Assembly: GCF_006345805.1 (NCBI RefSeq)
Contig: NC_043013.1
Location: forward strand, 16,244,001 to 16,308,000
Reading direction: 5' to 3'
DNA length: 64,000 nucleotides
Source of the DNA: Octopus sinensis
Lineage: Eukaryota
Under the pieces are notes generated by a model. The model was given only the letters and a program-made list of their open reading frames with translations. It did not search any database and had not been told where the DNA came from. This document shows positions 1 through 12,449 of this stretch, one piece after another. Positions within the stretch are counted from its first letter, which is position 1. Each line of letters starts with the position of its first letter. The position numbers and the translations under genes are program-made.

Positions 1-1574
1 TCTATTAATGCTGAAAGTAGTGAGGTGACACACCAATATTTCATGTTATTTCCCCATCTCAAATACTGAACCAATGTAAAGACAATTCTCAACAGTGACC
101 CAGTTACATCACATATAGAAACCACACAAATATAGATTTTGAGGCTCCTATAACCCTTTTGTTACCAAACCGGCTCTGGCTCTGAGTACAAATGTCTTGT
201 TTTCATAAGTTTTGAATTAAAATCTTCCACCAAACCTTAATCACAATTTATGTTCCTAACACTAGCTGAACTAAGTTATTTTACTAAATTCTTTGTTATA
301 TTTAAAGTAATTGAAAAAAATGCAGAGCATCTCTAAATAAATTCAGTAACGAAAGGGATAAAGACTAATACTGACAATTTCTGATGATCTCTCCTGACCT
401 ACATACACATCAGCAAAACTGACGACCCTCAAAAAAACCTGTACTCCTTCTTCATAGCTAGAAAATACTTAAGTGGTAACTCACATTTAAGTACTGCTCA
501 CGTGGTTGGAAACATACATAGATATCCTTGACCACATTGGAAGACCACTCACATTACTGTGATATTGCAACTACAGCTTCATACAACCATTGTAGATCAC
601 ATCCAAGTAAGCCAAGTATTTAACTTCTATGTGATTGCTCAGCATGCTAGAAATAGCAGCCAAATCTCCTTTAAATTACATCAACTATATTAGTAAAGGT
701 CATGTTGGATAATGTAGTCCAAGGTTCCCTAGCAGAAAAAAATGGGATTGTCATGGTTAGAATGCCTTTGATCAAAAGTTGGCTCAATCAAGAATGACCT
801 CGGGCTAAACAGCCACAACCAAAAAGCAATTCAGCTGATTGGTAAATAAACCTTCCTCTTCATCACCAATGAACTAGAATCTCTCTGGATCACAGACTTT
901 CTGCTTCAGCTCTTTGTCCTTTCTACCACTACTACAACTACTATTTCTCACCAGCATATTTCTTCTTTCCTCACATAGACACACTCCTCTCCCTTTCTCT
1001 TGTCCTCCTAACTACATCTCAAAACCTCATATTCTGCATTAAACCCATTTTCTTCCCTGGCACTAGAAACCCTCTGAAATTCCTTCTCCTGCCAACATTG
1101 ACTCTGGCAATGTTCAGACATCATCAACCACATCAATCTCACAAGTCCAAGATTGAGGCCCACAAAAACTGAAGGTACGAGAGCTCATTCTTCTGAATGA
1201 CCAACTCATAAAAACAGACATAGACTTAGGTTTGTCATGAACCCAAGGACTCAGTTGGTTGGAAGTCGATCCAGTTTACATAGCAAATAACTAAGATTAC
1301 AACACTTCCCTCTGAATGGGATGTCAATCAGTTGCAGGGTTAAATTCCAGTTTTTGGAATTACTGAGTGAACTGAATCAACATGAAATTAAATGTTTTGT
1401 GTAGAGTAAACAATGCACTGCCCAGTCAAGGAATTGAAACCATGACCTTCTGGATAATGAGTGCAACACCCTAACCACTAGGCCATATGACTTTACCATA
1501 AAAGCATTAAAAAAAAAAAAAAAGATACATAGGAGAGGTTGGGATTGTAGTGTGCAAATCAAAGAGAACTTTAC

Positions 1575-1730
1575 CTAATCTAATTCCTCCTGGTACCATA
1601 GCACTCTTGTCTCCTGGGCAGGTATTTTTGTTGGTTGTAATACCACTCAGTTCTAGGATCCTCTCAGATCTGGCGCCATCAATTCCTTTAGATTTCATAT
1701 CCACCAAAACTAAATGGTTATCAGTACCAT
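1575..1730 (-). CDS. SHMT2: SHMT exon 10 ([53 protein letters not shown])
   Basis: ttttacag| acceptor, G|GTAAAG donor, 156 nt. Confidence 0.97.
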
Positions 1731-4700
1731 CTGTAAAAGTAGGGATTAAATATGATTAGATATTGTAATTGTCAATTAGAGACAGACAAGAATAAGTCTT
1801 ATGGCTAGATTTGAACCATGTATGAGTCACTTACCAGTCAACCTCAATACCAATTACTGTAAATCCTTGAGTAATATCCGCATTTTTTCCCCAAAATTTA
1901 AAGGTCAAAATTCCTAGTGAGTACTATACACGAGGTTAAAAATGAAAAATATTTTCTAAGCAATGTCCGAGTCTCTATTTGCTGAACTGCAATGTTTATT
2001 CAGACGCATTTTTTTATGTCGGGCGCGAAAATACCTTAAGCTAAGCCTGAAAGCAATGAAGTCATAAAAGAATCATCCATAACTTGCAGTTTGCAACATT
2101 TATTAAAATAAAAGTATTCAGAACACAGAATAACATATAACAAAAACAATTTGCAAACATATTTACATTGCCATATAACAGTTAAGAACATCACCATTAT
2201 TGTATTGCGCATGCATGGAAGTGTTTGTTCGACTAGGTGCTGCTGGCTTAATTACGCATGACTCAAGTTAGAGAAGGGGTGCGTATTATACACAAGGTTT
2301 AGGTTTTTCAGAGCTACAGCCCCCTAAAAGTCCCCTGCGTATTATACTCAAGGGCAGACTATACTCGAGGATTTACGGTACACCAGAGAGCCTCTGCTCT
2401 TCCATCTTACCTAATATGCAGATGAATCACTTTTGACAGAGACTATTCCTTGTTTCCAAGTATTTTGTTTCTGCTCTCATTTGTTATGCTGGTATTTACC
2501 GAGAAGACTAATCCTCATATGAAACATGCACCCACACAAAAAACTGCATTCAATAGACATAGGTTGGCATGTTTGCACCTGGCAAATTTTTCCATTTTTG
2601 TCATTTGCCCTCTTCACTTCTGTGTAATTCTTGTCTTAACAGTTCTACAGCAAGCAAGATGATTTGATGGCAGAGTTTACAATTTATTGCTTGTTTTCTC
2701 ATATTGAGTGTGATCATTGCAAGAGCAGCCAACTGGCTTCCATGTGGGTGGCACGTAAAAGGCACCATTCGAGCGTGATCGTTACCAGCATCGCCTTACT
2801 GGCACCTGTGCCGGTGGCATGTGTAAAAAGATTCGAGCGAGGTCTTTGCCAGTACCGCCTGACTGGCCCCGTGCCAGTGGCACGTAAAAAACACCCACTA
2901 CACTCTTGGAGTTGTTGGCGTTAGGAAGGGCATCCAGCTGTAGAAACTCTGCCAGATCAAGATTGAAGCCTGGTGCAGCCATTTGGTTCGCCAGCCCTCA
3001 GTCAAAATCGTCCAACCCATGCTAGCATGGAAAGCAGACGTTAAACGATGATGATGATGATATTCATTCTGCTAGAAATAGCAGCCAAATTTCCCTCAAA
3101 TCACACCTTACCATCTTAAAAGAAGAACAAAGAGAGAGCACATTGGATAATGTAATCAGAGTACACCATGTCTAGAAGAAAACAAAAACCAGGTCACAGC
3201 TGGAATGTCACTGACCCCAAGGTCTACTCAATCAAGTTCAACAACAAACAAATACAAACCTGAGACTAGTTTGTAGCCTTTTGCATTTAGACATTTAGCA
3301 AGAGTTTTGGCATTTTTCATCACTTGAACTTGATAGTCCTTGAATTCTGGATCCATGGCCTGAAACAGAATTGATTAATTAATTATAAAATAATTAGCAT
3401 ATCCATGCTCTTTGTAATGACAGCAGATATGATTAACTTATACATATTAAAAATGATAAAAGAAAGTTAAAATATATAAAAGGAAAATTAAATATGATGA
3501 TGGTAATTTAGGATATTGGTGAGAACAATTTATGAGGAATTGGATGCACACATGAACAAACACTGTCCAAGTACATCTGAGCCACACTGGTCCAAGACAC
3601 GGTCAGCAAAACTTCACTCTGCTCAAAGCAACATCACAAAAACCGAAAAGCTAAATCAGCACTTCGCCGTCCTAAACACAGGAAACACCACCATTGCTTC
3701 AAAACAAACACACAAACACACATACACATACAACCAGCTATATTACAAAGATATAGAGCCAGCTCGGTTTCATGCCAAGTGGAATCAAGTCCTGAAAGGG
3801 TGATGAGGCAAGGAGAACCCTCAAGTCCTGAAGAACCATGTAATGGAAGCCAACAATAACAGTTACATTACAATTTAACCCTTTAGCATTTAAACCAGTC
3901 ATACCTGGCTTAAATATTCTGTTTTATGTTCAAACCAACCAGATCTGGCCTCTCACACCTGTCCTACAATGTCAGTGTAGAAGTAAACAATTACCATCAA
4001 AATATCAAAGCCATAAGATAATGCATGGATAATTCAAAACAATTTGAATAGGTATTACTTTTGACAAAACAATCTGAATGCTAAAGGGTTAAAATAATTC
4101 CATCATCCAAGCGTGATCGTTGCCAGAGCAGCCAACTGGCTTCCGTGCCAGTGGCACATTAAAGGGCACCATTTGAGCGTGATTGTTACCAACGTTGCCT
4201 TACTGGCACCTGTGCTGGTGACATGTGTAAAAAGATTCGAGCGAGGTCGTTGTCAGTACCACCTGACTGGTCCCCGTGCCGGTGGCATGTAAAAAGCACC
4301 CACTACACTCTCGGAGTGGTTGGTGTTAGGAAGGGCATCCAGCTGTAGAAACTCTGCCAGATCAGATTGGAGCCTGGCTCAGCCATCTGGTTTGCCAGCC
4401 CTCAGTCAAATCGTCCAACCCATGCTAGCATGGAAAGCGGACGTTAAACGATGATGATGATGATATTCAACATGAAATAATATACTTTTCCCAAACAATG
4501 ACACGTATAAGCAAGAAACAAGTTAGAATTTGTTCATCACCTGTTTGAGTGCAACAGCCAATGCTCCTATTTGGTTCTGATGAGGCCCACCTTGTAAAGC
4601 AGGAAATACAGCATTGTTTACCTTGGTCTCTAAATCATAAATCTTAATTTCTCCAGTTTTTTTATTTACAGATTTCACACCTTTACGATAAAATATCATT

Positions 4701-7700
4701 CCAGACCTGCAGATGGTACAAAGCAAAACAAAACAAATTATGGAAAATTTACAAAATTAAAACAAAGCTTCGACAATATTCCAAAGAATTCATTTCGTTT
4801 TAATCTTTTAACCTTTTTCAGCACCTTCCAAATGTGGTCGATGCCAACCACCCTGACTGGCTCCTGTGCCAGTGGCACATAAAAAGTACCATCCAAATGT
4901 GGTCAATGCCAGTGCCATCTGACTGGCTCCCATGCCGGTGGCATGTAAAAAGCACCCACTTCACCCTCGGAGTGGTTGGCATTAGGAAGGGCATCCAGCT
5001 GTAGAAACCTTACCAGATCAGATTGGAGTCTGGTGCAGCCTACTGGCTTGCCAGTCCCCAGTCAAACAGTCCAACCCATGCCAGTATGGAAAGCGGACAT
5101 TAAATGATGATGATGATTTCTGTTGAAATACACTGCCTCTGTTTCAATTATTTTTCAAAACAATGAAGAATTTAGTAGAACAGTTCTGTCATTAAGTTAG
5201 TTTTTCGAACATAAAATCACAGTGAAATCTTTATGAAAGGACTTTAATGTAAATAACTTTAGAAGAAGTTTGTATCCTGGAACCAGAGAGAGTTTCAAAC
5301 AGGAGGATATCAAAAAGATTAAAATAGTTTTCCAATGATTATAAAGCAAAGGATCATTGTCTTTTTTTTTAATAAATCACTGGTTCTTTAATGATGGTTT
5401 GTTTCAATGATGCCATAGATACTGTTTATAAAGACAAGATGTATACATCTGTCTGTTACATACTGTTAGCTGAGATCTATAGATATAATAACGTAACACA
5501 CACACATAAACCATCATAGTAGATATACAAGCATGTCAAATTAGACTCATTTTTCTGTAGGTTGAACAAAACAATGAACAGCCAGAATAGAATTTGAAAT
5601 CTTATTGACTTCTCATCAGGTGTCTACATTAGAAACCAATCCCAAAGAAATGAGTGGCCAATCTGTTTGTATACATCAAATCCACCAGCTTCAGAGAATT
5701 AGAGCCACTAATTTGCATACGATAAGTGCTTAACACTCCATTTAATATCAAAGTCCTGTCAACAGGGAGCCCAGTTCACACAGTATCAAGTTGGAAGGTG
5801 GCTATCTGGCAAAAACGTTAGCACGCCAGGCGAAATGCTTTGTGGTATTTCATCCACCAATGCGTTCTGAGTTCAAATTCTTCCGAGATCGACTTTGCCT
5901 TTCATCCTTTCGGGATCAATAAATTAAGTACCAGTTACGTACTGGGGTTAATGTAATTGACTTAATCCGTTTGTTTGTCCTTGTTTGTCCCTTCTGTGTT
6001 TAGCCCCTTGTGGGTAGTAAAGAAATAGGTATTACGTCCACCACTGCGTTCTGAGTTCAAATTCCGCTGAGGTCGACTTTGCCTTTCATCCTTTCGGGGT
6101 CACTAAATTAAGTACCAGTCACGTACTGGGGTCAATGTAATCGACTTAATCCCTTTGTTTGTCCCCTTGTGGGCAGTAAAAGAAATAAGTATCAAGATGA
6201 TATATAACATGGAAAGGAATTATCTGTAATATTTTGTTTCAGAGAAACTTTTCAAAGAGATTTGTATGTGAAAACGCACTGCGTCTAACAAACCACTGAC
6301 AACATTCTGAGTAAGTTTCGTCATTTTCTTACGGCAAAAGTCTCTTTGAGAAGTTTTTCTGAAACATAATATTATAGCTAGTGCCATTCCATATTTGTAT
6401 AAATTACGTTTTGCACACTGGTATTTTAATCTAAATTTGTTGTTATTTAGTGCTCCAGGTCAGTTCTGATTAAGCAGATCTATTCCAACCATGACCATCT
6501 TGACTTTTTAGAGGTATCTAGGATTATATGGTCATGTGTTCACAAACCTCACTATAAACACAAGAGCTATATAGCTCATGCGTTCAAGTGTTATCATTGT
6601 AGCGTGTATTTGAGCAAGGGAGACAACTCAGCTTGCACCGTTTAGTTTATCTGAGAGCAAAGTGACGATGATGACGATGAGGGAGCAGATAATGATGGTG
6701 ATGATGATAGCCATGCTGTCGTTCACCTCAAGGTCATTCTTGATCAAGAAGACCTTTGATTAAAAGAAGTCCAATTGTGACCCTCCAGTCTTTTTGTGCA
6801 AAAGGGATCACATAATACAACTTATTATTGAGGATGGTAACGTGGCAATTGTTAGCAACCTTTTGTTTGTCTTTACATTCTAAGTTCAAATTCCGCCAAA
6901 GTCATCTTTGGCTTTCATCCTTAAGGGATTGATAAAATAAGTACCACCTAAGCTCTGGGACTGAAATCGACTAGCCCTTCCCCAAAAATTTCAGCTCTTT
7001 TGCCCTATACTAGAAAGGATTTGCACTGAAGATGGTAATGTGCGATTGAGGGAGATTTGGCTGTTATTTCTGTTTACTGCATGGAAATTTCCCTTGGATA
7101 TTAATGGCAGTGAGGATTGTAGTGATATCAGTGGTGACAGTCATGGAGAGAGTGATGGTGGTGGTGGTAATGATAACGACAATGGTTAATAATGCTTATG
7201 ATGATAATAATGATGTTAATGGTAATGATGTTAATGATGATGATGTTAATGATGATGATGTTAATGATGATGATGTTAATGATGATGATGATGTTAATGA
7301 TGATGATGATGTTAATGATGATGATGATGTTAATGATGATGATGTTAATGATGATGATGTTAATGATGATGATGATGTTAATGATGATGATGATGTTAAT
7401 GATGATGATGTTGATGATAATGATGATAGTGATGATGATAATAATGATGTTAATGATAAAGAGGATATCAGTAATAAAAGGAAACCAAGAATTCTGTAAT
7501 GGCACTGCTTACCTTGGTCCCCGCAGTGATTTGTGTGTTGTGGTTGATATAAGGTCAGCATACTCAAAGGGACTGGGAATAACTCCAGCGGCCACCAAGC
7601 CAGAGATGTGGGCCATATCAGCCAGCAGCAAGGCCTTAACGTCATCACATATCTGCAAGAGCAATGATTGGTAAAATGAAGGTGGTCATCATAGAAAAAG

Positions 7701-10700
7701 AGGAAGATGGGAAGGGGGGGGATGGAGAAGGAGGGCTGGGAAAGGGGGGAGGGAAGATGAAGAGGAAAGGTAGGGAGAGGAGGGAAAGGGGACAGGAAGG
7801 TAGAGGAAGGAAAAGGGACAGGAAAATAGAGGAAGGAAAGGGGACAGGGAGGTAGAGGAAGGGAACAAAAAGGTAGAGGAAGGAAAGGGGACAGGGAGGT
7901 AGAGGAAGGAAAAGGGACAGGAAAATAGAGGAAGGAGAGGAGACAGGGAGGTAGAGGAAGGAAAAGGGACAGGAAAATAGAGGAAGGAAAGGGGACGGGA
8001 AGGTAGAGGAAGGAAAAGGGACAGGAAAATAGAGGAAGGAAAGGGGACAGGAAGGTAGAGGAAAGAAAAGGGACAGGAAAATAGAGGAAGGAAAGGGGAC
8101 AGGAAAATAGAGGAAGGAAAGGAGACAGGGAGGTAGAGGAAGGAAATGGGACAGGAAGATAGAGGAAGGAAAGGGGACAGGGAGGTAGAGGAAGGAAAAG
8201 GGACAGGAAAATAGAGGAAGGAAAGGGGACAGGGAGGTAGAGGAAGGAAAAGGGACAGGAAAATAGAGGAAGGAAAGGGGACAGGAAGGTAGAGGAAGGA
8301 AAAGGGACAGGAAAATAGAGGAAGGATAGGGGACAGGAAGGTAGAGGAAAGAAAAGGGACAGGACGGTAGAGGAAGGTAAAGGGGGGCAGGAAGGTAGAG
8401 GAAAGGGAGGGGGTTATGAAGGTAGAGGAAGGGAAGGGGTACAGGAAGGTATAAGAAGAGGAGGGGACAGGAAGGCGGAGAAGGAGATGAAGAGGATGAG
8501 GGAAGAGAATGAAGAGAAATAGGACATGGATAAAGAGATAAAAGGATAAGAAGATGAGGACAAGAAGCATGGAGAGGAGCAAGGGGAGGAGGGGACACAA
8601 ACTTTGGCAAACTATGAAAAAAGTGAAAATGTCTGACCTCTCTGAAACGCTTGTAATCCAGTAAACGAGAGTAAGCAGATGTACCAGCTATAATGAGACG
8701 GGGTCGGAATAGTTTGGCATGTTCGTGGAGTTTGTCATAGTCTACAAGGCCTGTTGATGGCTGAAAGATAGAGAAAGAAAAGAGATGGCATTATTAGGTC
8801 TCATGTCAGTTTTTTTAATACATTTATTGGATCTGAAAAAAAATTGGGAAAAGAAGAATTTTCTTTCATCTTTAAGTCACATGATCAAAGTGTATCACCT
8901 GATTTATATATATATATATATATATATAAGTCTATAGATCACGAAGGCACGTGGCTTGGTGGTTAGGGAATTGAACTCATGATTTTACAATCATAAGAGA
9001 TTCCCAGCAGCACATTGAGTCTTTGAGCAAGACACTTTATTCTCATTCCAGTCCACTCAGTTGGCAAAAATGAATACTGGAGTTGATTAAGAAACTGTGG
9101 TGGGGGACGGGAATGGAGGGGAGGATTAAAATTTTGAAAAGTGATTCCTCGGCAAAATCGATTTTCACCCCCTTTCAAAGTTTGTGATCCTTCTTAAGAA
9201 CAGAAAGCACTTTCATGCAAACCCTTGCAAATTATACCATCCCTTCCTTCACTTTTAAACAATAACTTTCATTACACCAGTAATCCAGTTCACTATATAC
9301 CAGCTGTGCTGATTCTACCCATAAGAAAGGAACTAATACGTGGCTGTAGGTTATGACACCCTGGCAACGCTGGGATGCATTGCTAGTGATTAATAAAACA
9401 AGCTTAGTTATAGTGTAGTAGTTTTCCATATATCTATCTCTGAAACACAACTTATTCTTTCCATGTGAAATACACAGTGCACCAGTAACTTTTATAAACG
9501 ATATCTAATGAACCACAGAGGTAAGAGTAAGAACCACTGCTTTGAAGTCTCAGACATTTGGGAATTTAAAGTGAGACCACAATGAAGGCAAGGGAGATAA
9601 ATCCTTAAAGACATTCAATGGCACTCACATTGATCTTGTAAGGCATCGATTCAAAGAAAATGGATGTAGCAGAGATTCTTTTGGTATCAGTCATAAAGCC
9701 ATGTGTCAAGCTGAAAGAAACAAACAAACAAAAAAATCTGTTATTAAGAAGAATGGAAAATCCTGAAGAATTCAGTAGAATAATGAACATATTTCATTAC
9801 AAATGATAAGGAGCTGAGCTGAACATGAATCTAAACCATCAAATATGTTTCTTTATTGCCCACAAGGGGCTAAACACAGAAGGGACAAACAAACGAATTA
9901 AGTCGATTACATCGACCCCAGTGCATAACTGGTACTTAATTTATCGACTCTGAAAGGATGAAAGGCAAAGTCAACCTTGGTGGAATTAGAACTCAGAACG
10001 TAAAGACAATACCAATCGTGTATTAGAATCAATTCTTCTTTCTCACTTTGTAAGAATTGGCTAAAACCTGCAAAATGAGGTCATGTAAAAAAGAATAACT
10101 CAGACATCAGGAAACTCCATTTGTATTCTTCCATAAAAATTCCATGAGCAACATCCCATTTGTCATGGAATTCAGTAGGGGTTGTTAATTAATCTGATGG
10201 ATCAAAGAAGGAAAGGAAGAAATTAAACAGATATTTCAACACAGCAAGGAATACATTTTTTTTTTTCTTAATACAAATACAGAGGTTTGACTGTGGTGAA
10301 GCAGTTTGCTTTGGAATCTTGTGGCTTCAGGTTCAGTTCCATCACACAGCACCCAGTGCAGCTGTCTTTATTATAGCTCCAGACTGGAAAATGAATTGTG
10401 TGAATTTGGTAGTTGGAAATTATAGGAAAACCATCAAATGTAAACACACATATTATCATTTATTCAACATCACATCTACGTTTCCATGCTTGCATGGATT
10501 AGGTAGAGTTCACTGAGACAGGTTCCTACAGCTTTATGTACTTTGTCTTGCCAACCCTGACCTGTTTCCAAGCAAGGTACTAATCACCTGGTTTATGGAA
10601 TAATAAAGAGCCTGGACCTAGTTACATAATGAAGTGGAAACAAGCTACACCATTTGAATGGACCTTTTGTTTACAAGACTATGAAACAAAACAAGAAACT

Positions 10701-11749
10701 CTTACATGCTTTATGCTGTTGGTTGCAAACAAAGGACACAACATGTATCACTGTTTACAATCAATGAACACATAGGAAGACAAGGGGAAATAGAAACTAG
10801 TCCACACAAACAGAAATACATATCTACACACACGTACATAAATGTACACAAATACAAAAATACACACGCAAATACAAGTACACACACATGTACACATGCA
10901 AACACATGTACAAATGCAAACACATGTACACATGCAAACACATGTACATGAGTACACATGCAAACATATGCACACATGCAAACATATGTACTCAAGTACA
11001 TATGCAAACTTATGCACACGAATACACACGCAAACATACGCATACAAATACACACGCAAACATACACACGAAAATACACACGCAAACATACACACTTCAA
11101 ATTCGCAAAAATTTTCTGAAAATTCCAAATAACAAAAAAGTTATGAGGGGTTATATGGGATGCTTAAAGCAGAATCCCTCCAAAATAGACAAACAGTAAA
11201 AATTGGGAAAAAAAAATTACATACTGTCCTCCATCTGGTAAATCTTGTCCCATGATCCGATCATGGGGATTTAAAACAGCAGTATACACAGCCATGTTAG
11301 CCGGGCTCCCAGAATATGGTTGTACATTCACACCCCATCGTTCTGGATCAGCTCGGAAACATTCCAGGGCCCTCTTCTGACATAAGCGCTCAATTTCGTC
11401 TATGTAAATATTTCCTCCATAATATCTGCAAAGTAAAGACATCAATGTTTTAATTTCATTAACACAGGTAATTATTCATCACCACCACAACAACAACATC
11501 CAGTATATCCAATCTGTAACCAACCAACAAAGAGCCTCTTATGAAGTTAATCAACTGACTAGAAACAGCAGTCAAATTTCACTTTGTGCCTTAAAAATAA
11601 TGAAAAAAAAAAAACTCATTAAATAATGTTAGTCTTTGATATATAGATATATATATATACACACACACACTATATATATATACATTCATGCATACTCACA
11701 CACACACTCACACTATATATATATATACATATATACATACACACACACA

Positions 11750-11794
<45 letters not shown>

Positions 11795-12188
11795 AGTGGC
11801 TGTGTGGTAAGTAGCTTGCTAACCAACCACATGGTTCCGAGTTCAGTCCCACTGCGTGGCATCTTGGGCAAGTGTCTTCTGCTATAGCCCCGGGCCGACC
11901 AAAGCCTTGTGAGTGGATTTGGTAGACGGAAACTGAAAGAAGCCTGTCGTATATATGTATATATATATGTATGTGTGTGTTTGCGAGTCTGTGTTTGTCC
12001 CCCTAGCATTGCTTGACAACCGATGCTGGTGTGTTTACGTCCCCATAACTTAGCGGTTCGGCAAAAGAGACCGATAGAATAAGTACTGGGCTTACAAAGA
12101 ATAAGTCCCGGGGTCGATTTGCTCGACTAAAGGCGGTGCTCCAGCATGGCTGCAGTCAAATGACCGAAACAAGTAAAAGAGTAAAAGA

Positions 12189-12241
<53 letters not shown>

Positions 12242-12407
12242 CATACACACACACACACTATATATATACACATACGCACTATAAATATATACACACACAT
12301 GCACTATATATACATACATACACACATGCACTACATATATATATATATATACACATGTGCATGCGCACACACGTATATTAATATACACAAATTTACTTAT
12401 CTGTATG

Positions 12408-12449
<42 letters not shown>

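Noticed and set aside
1-30. Acceptor-like ctactttcag at 11-12 as SHMT exon 11
   Set aside because: The downstream frame gives ALI, not the expected G-x-PA-x-T-S/T-R; exon 11 is probably outside the window.
3494-3580. C/D-box snoRNA-like ATGATGA...CTGA
   Set aside because: No terminal stem and no recognisable rRNA antisense element; these motifs are frequent by chance in ATG-rich DNA.
3516-3803. 95-aa ORF in SHMT intron 8; likewise ORFs at 30397-30735
   Set aside because: No recognisable motif or splice context; possibly old repeat fragments, and not assignable without a database search.
381-4620. Hammerhead core CTGATGA hits (381, 4577; also 43196 and 44264)
   Set aside because: No flanking helices with a correctly placed GAAA; three of the hits are inside coding sequence.
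7104-7674. Poly-Asp/Met/Ile/Ser ORFs
   Set aside because: Products of the (GAT)n-derived repeat; only 7513-7652 is real coding sequence.
7645-8610. 321-aa and 303-aa minus-strand ORFs
   Set aside because: Translations of the polypurine minisatellite (stop-poor, P/L/F/S only) inside a GT-AG intron of SHMT.
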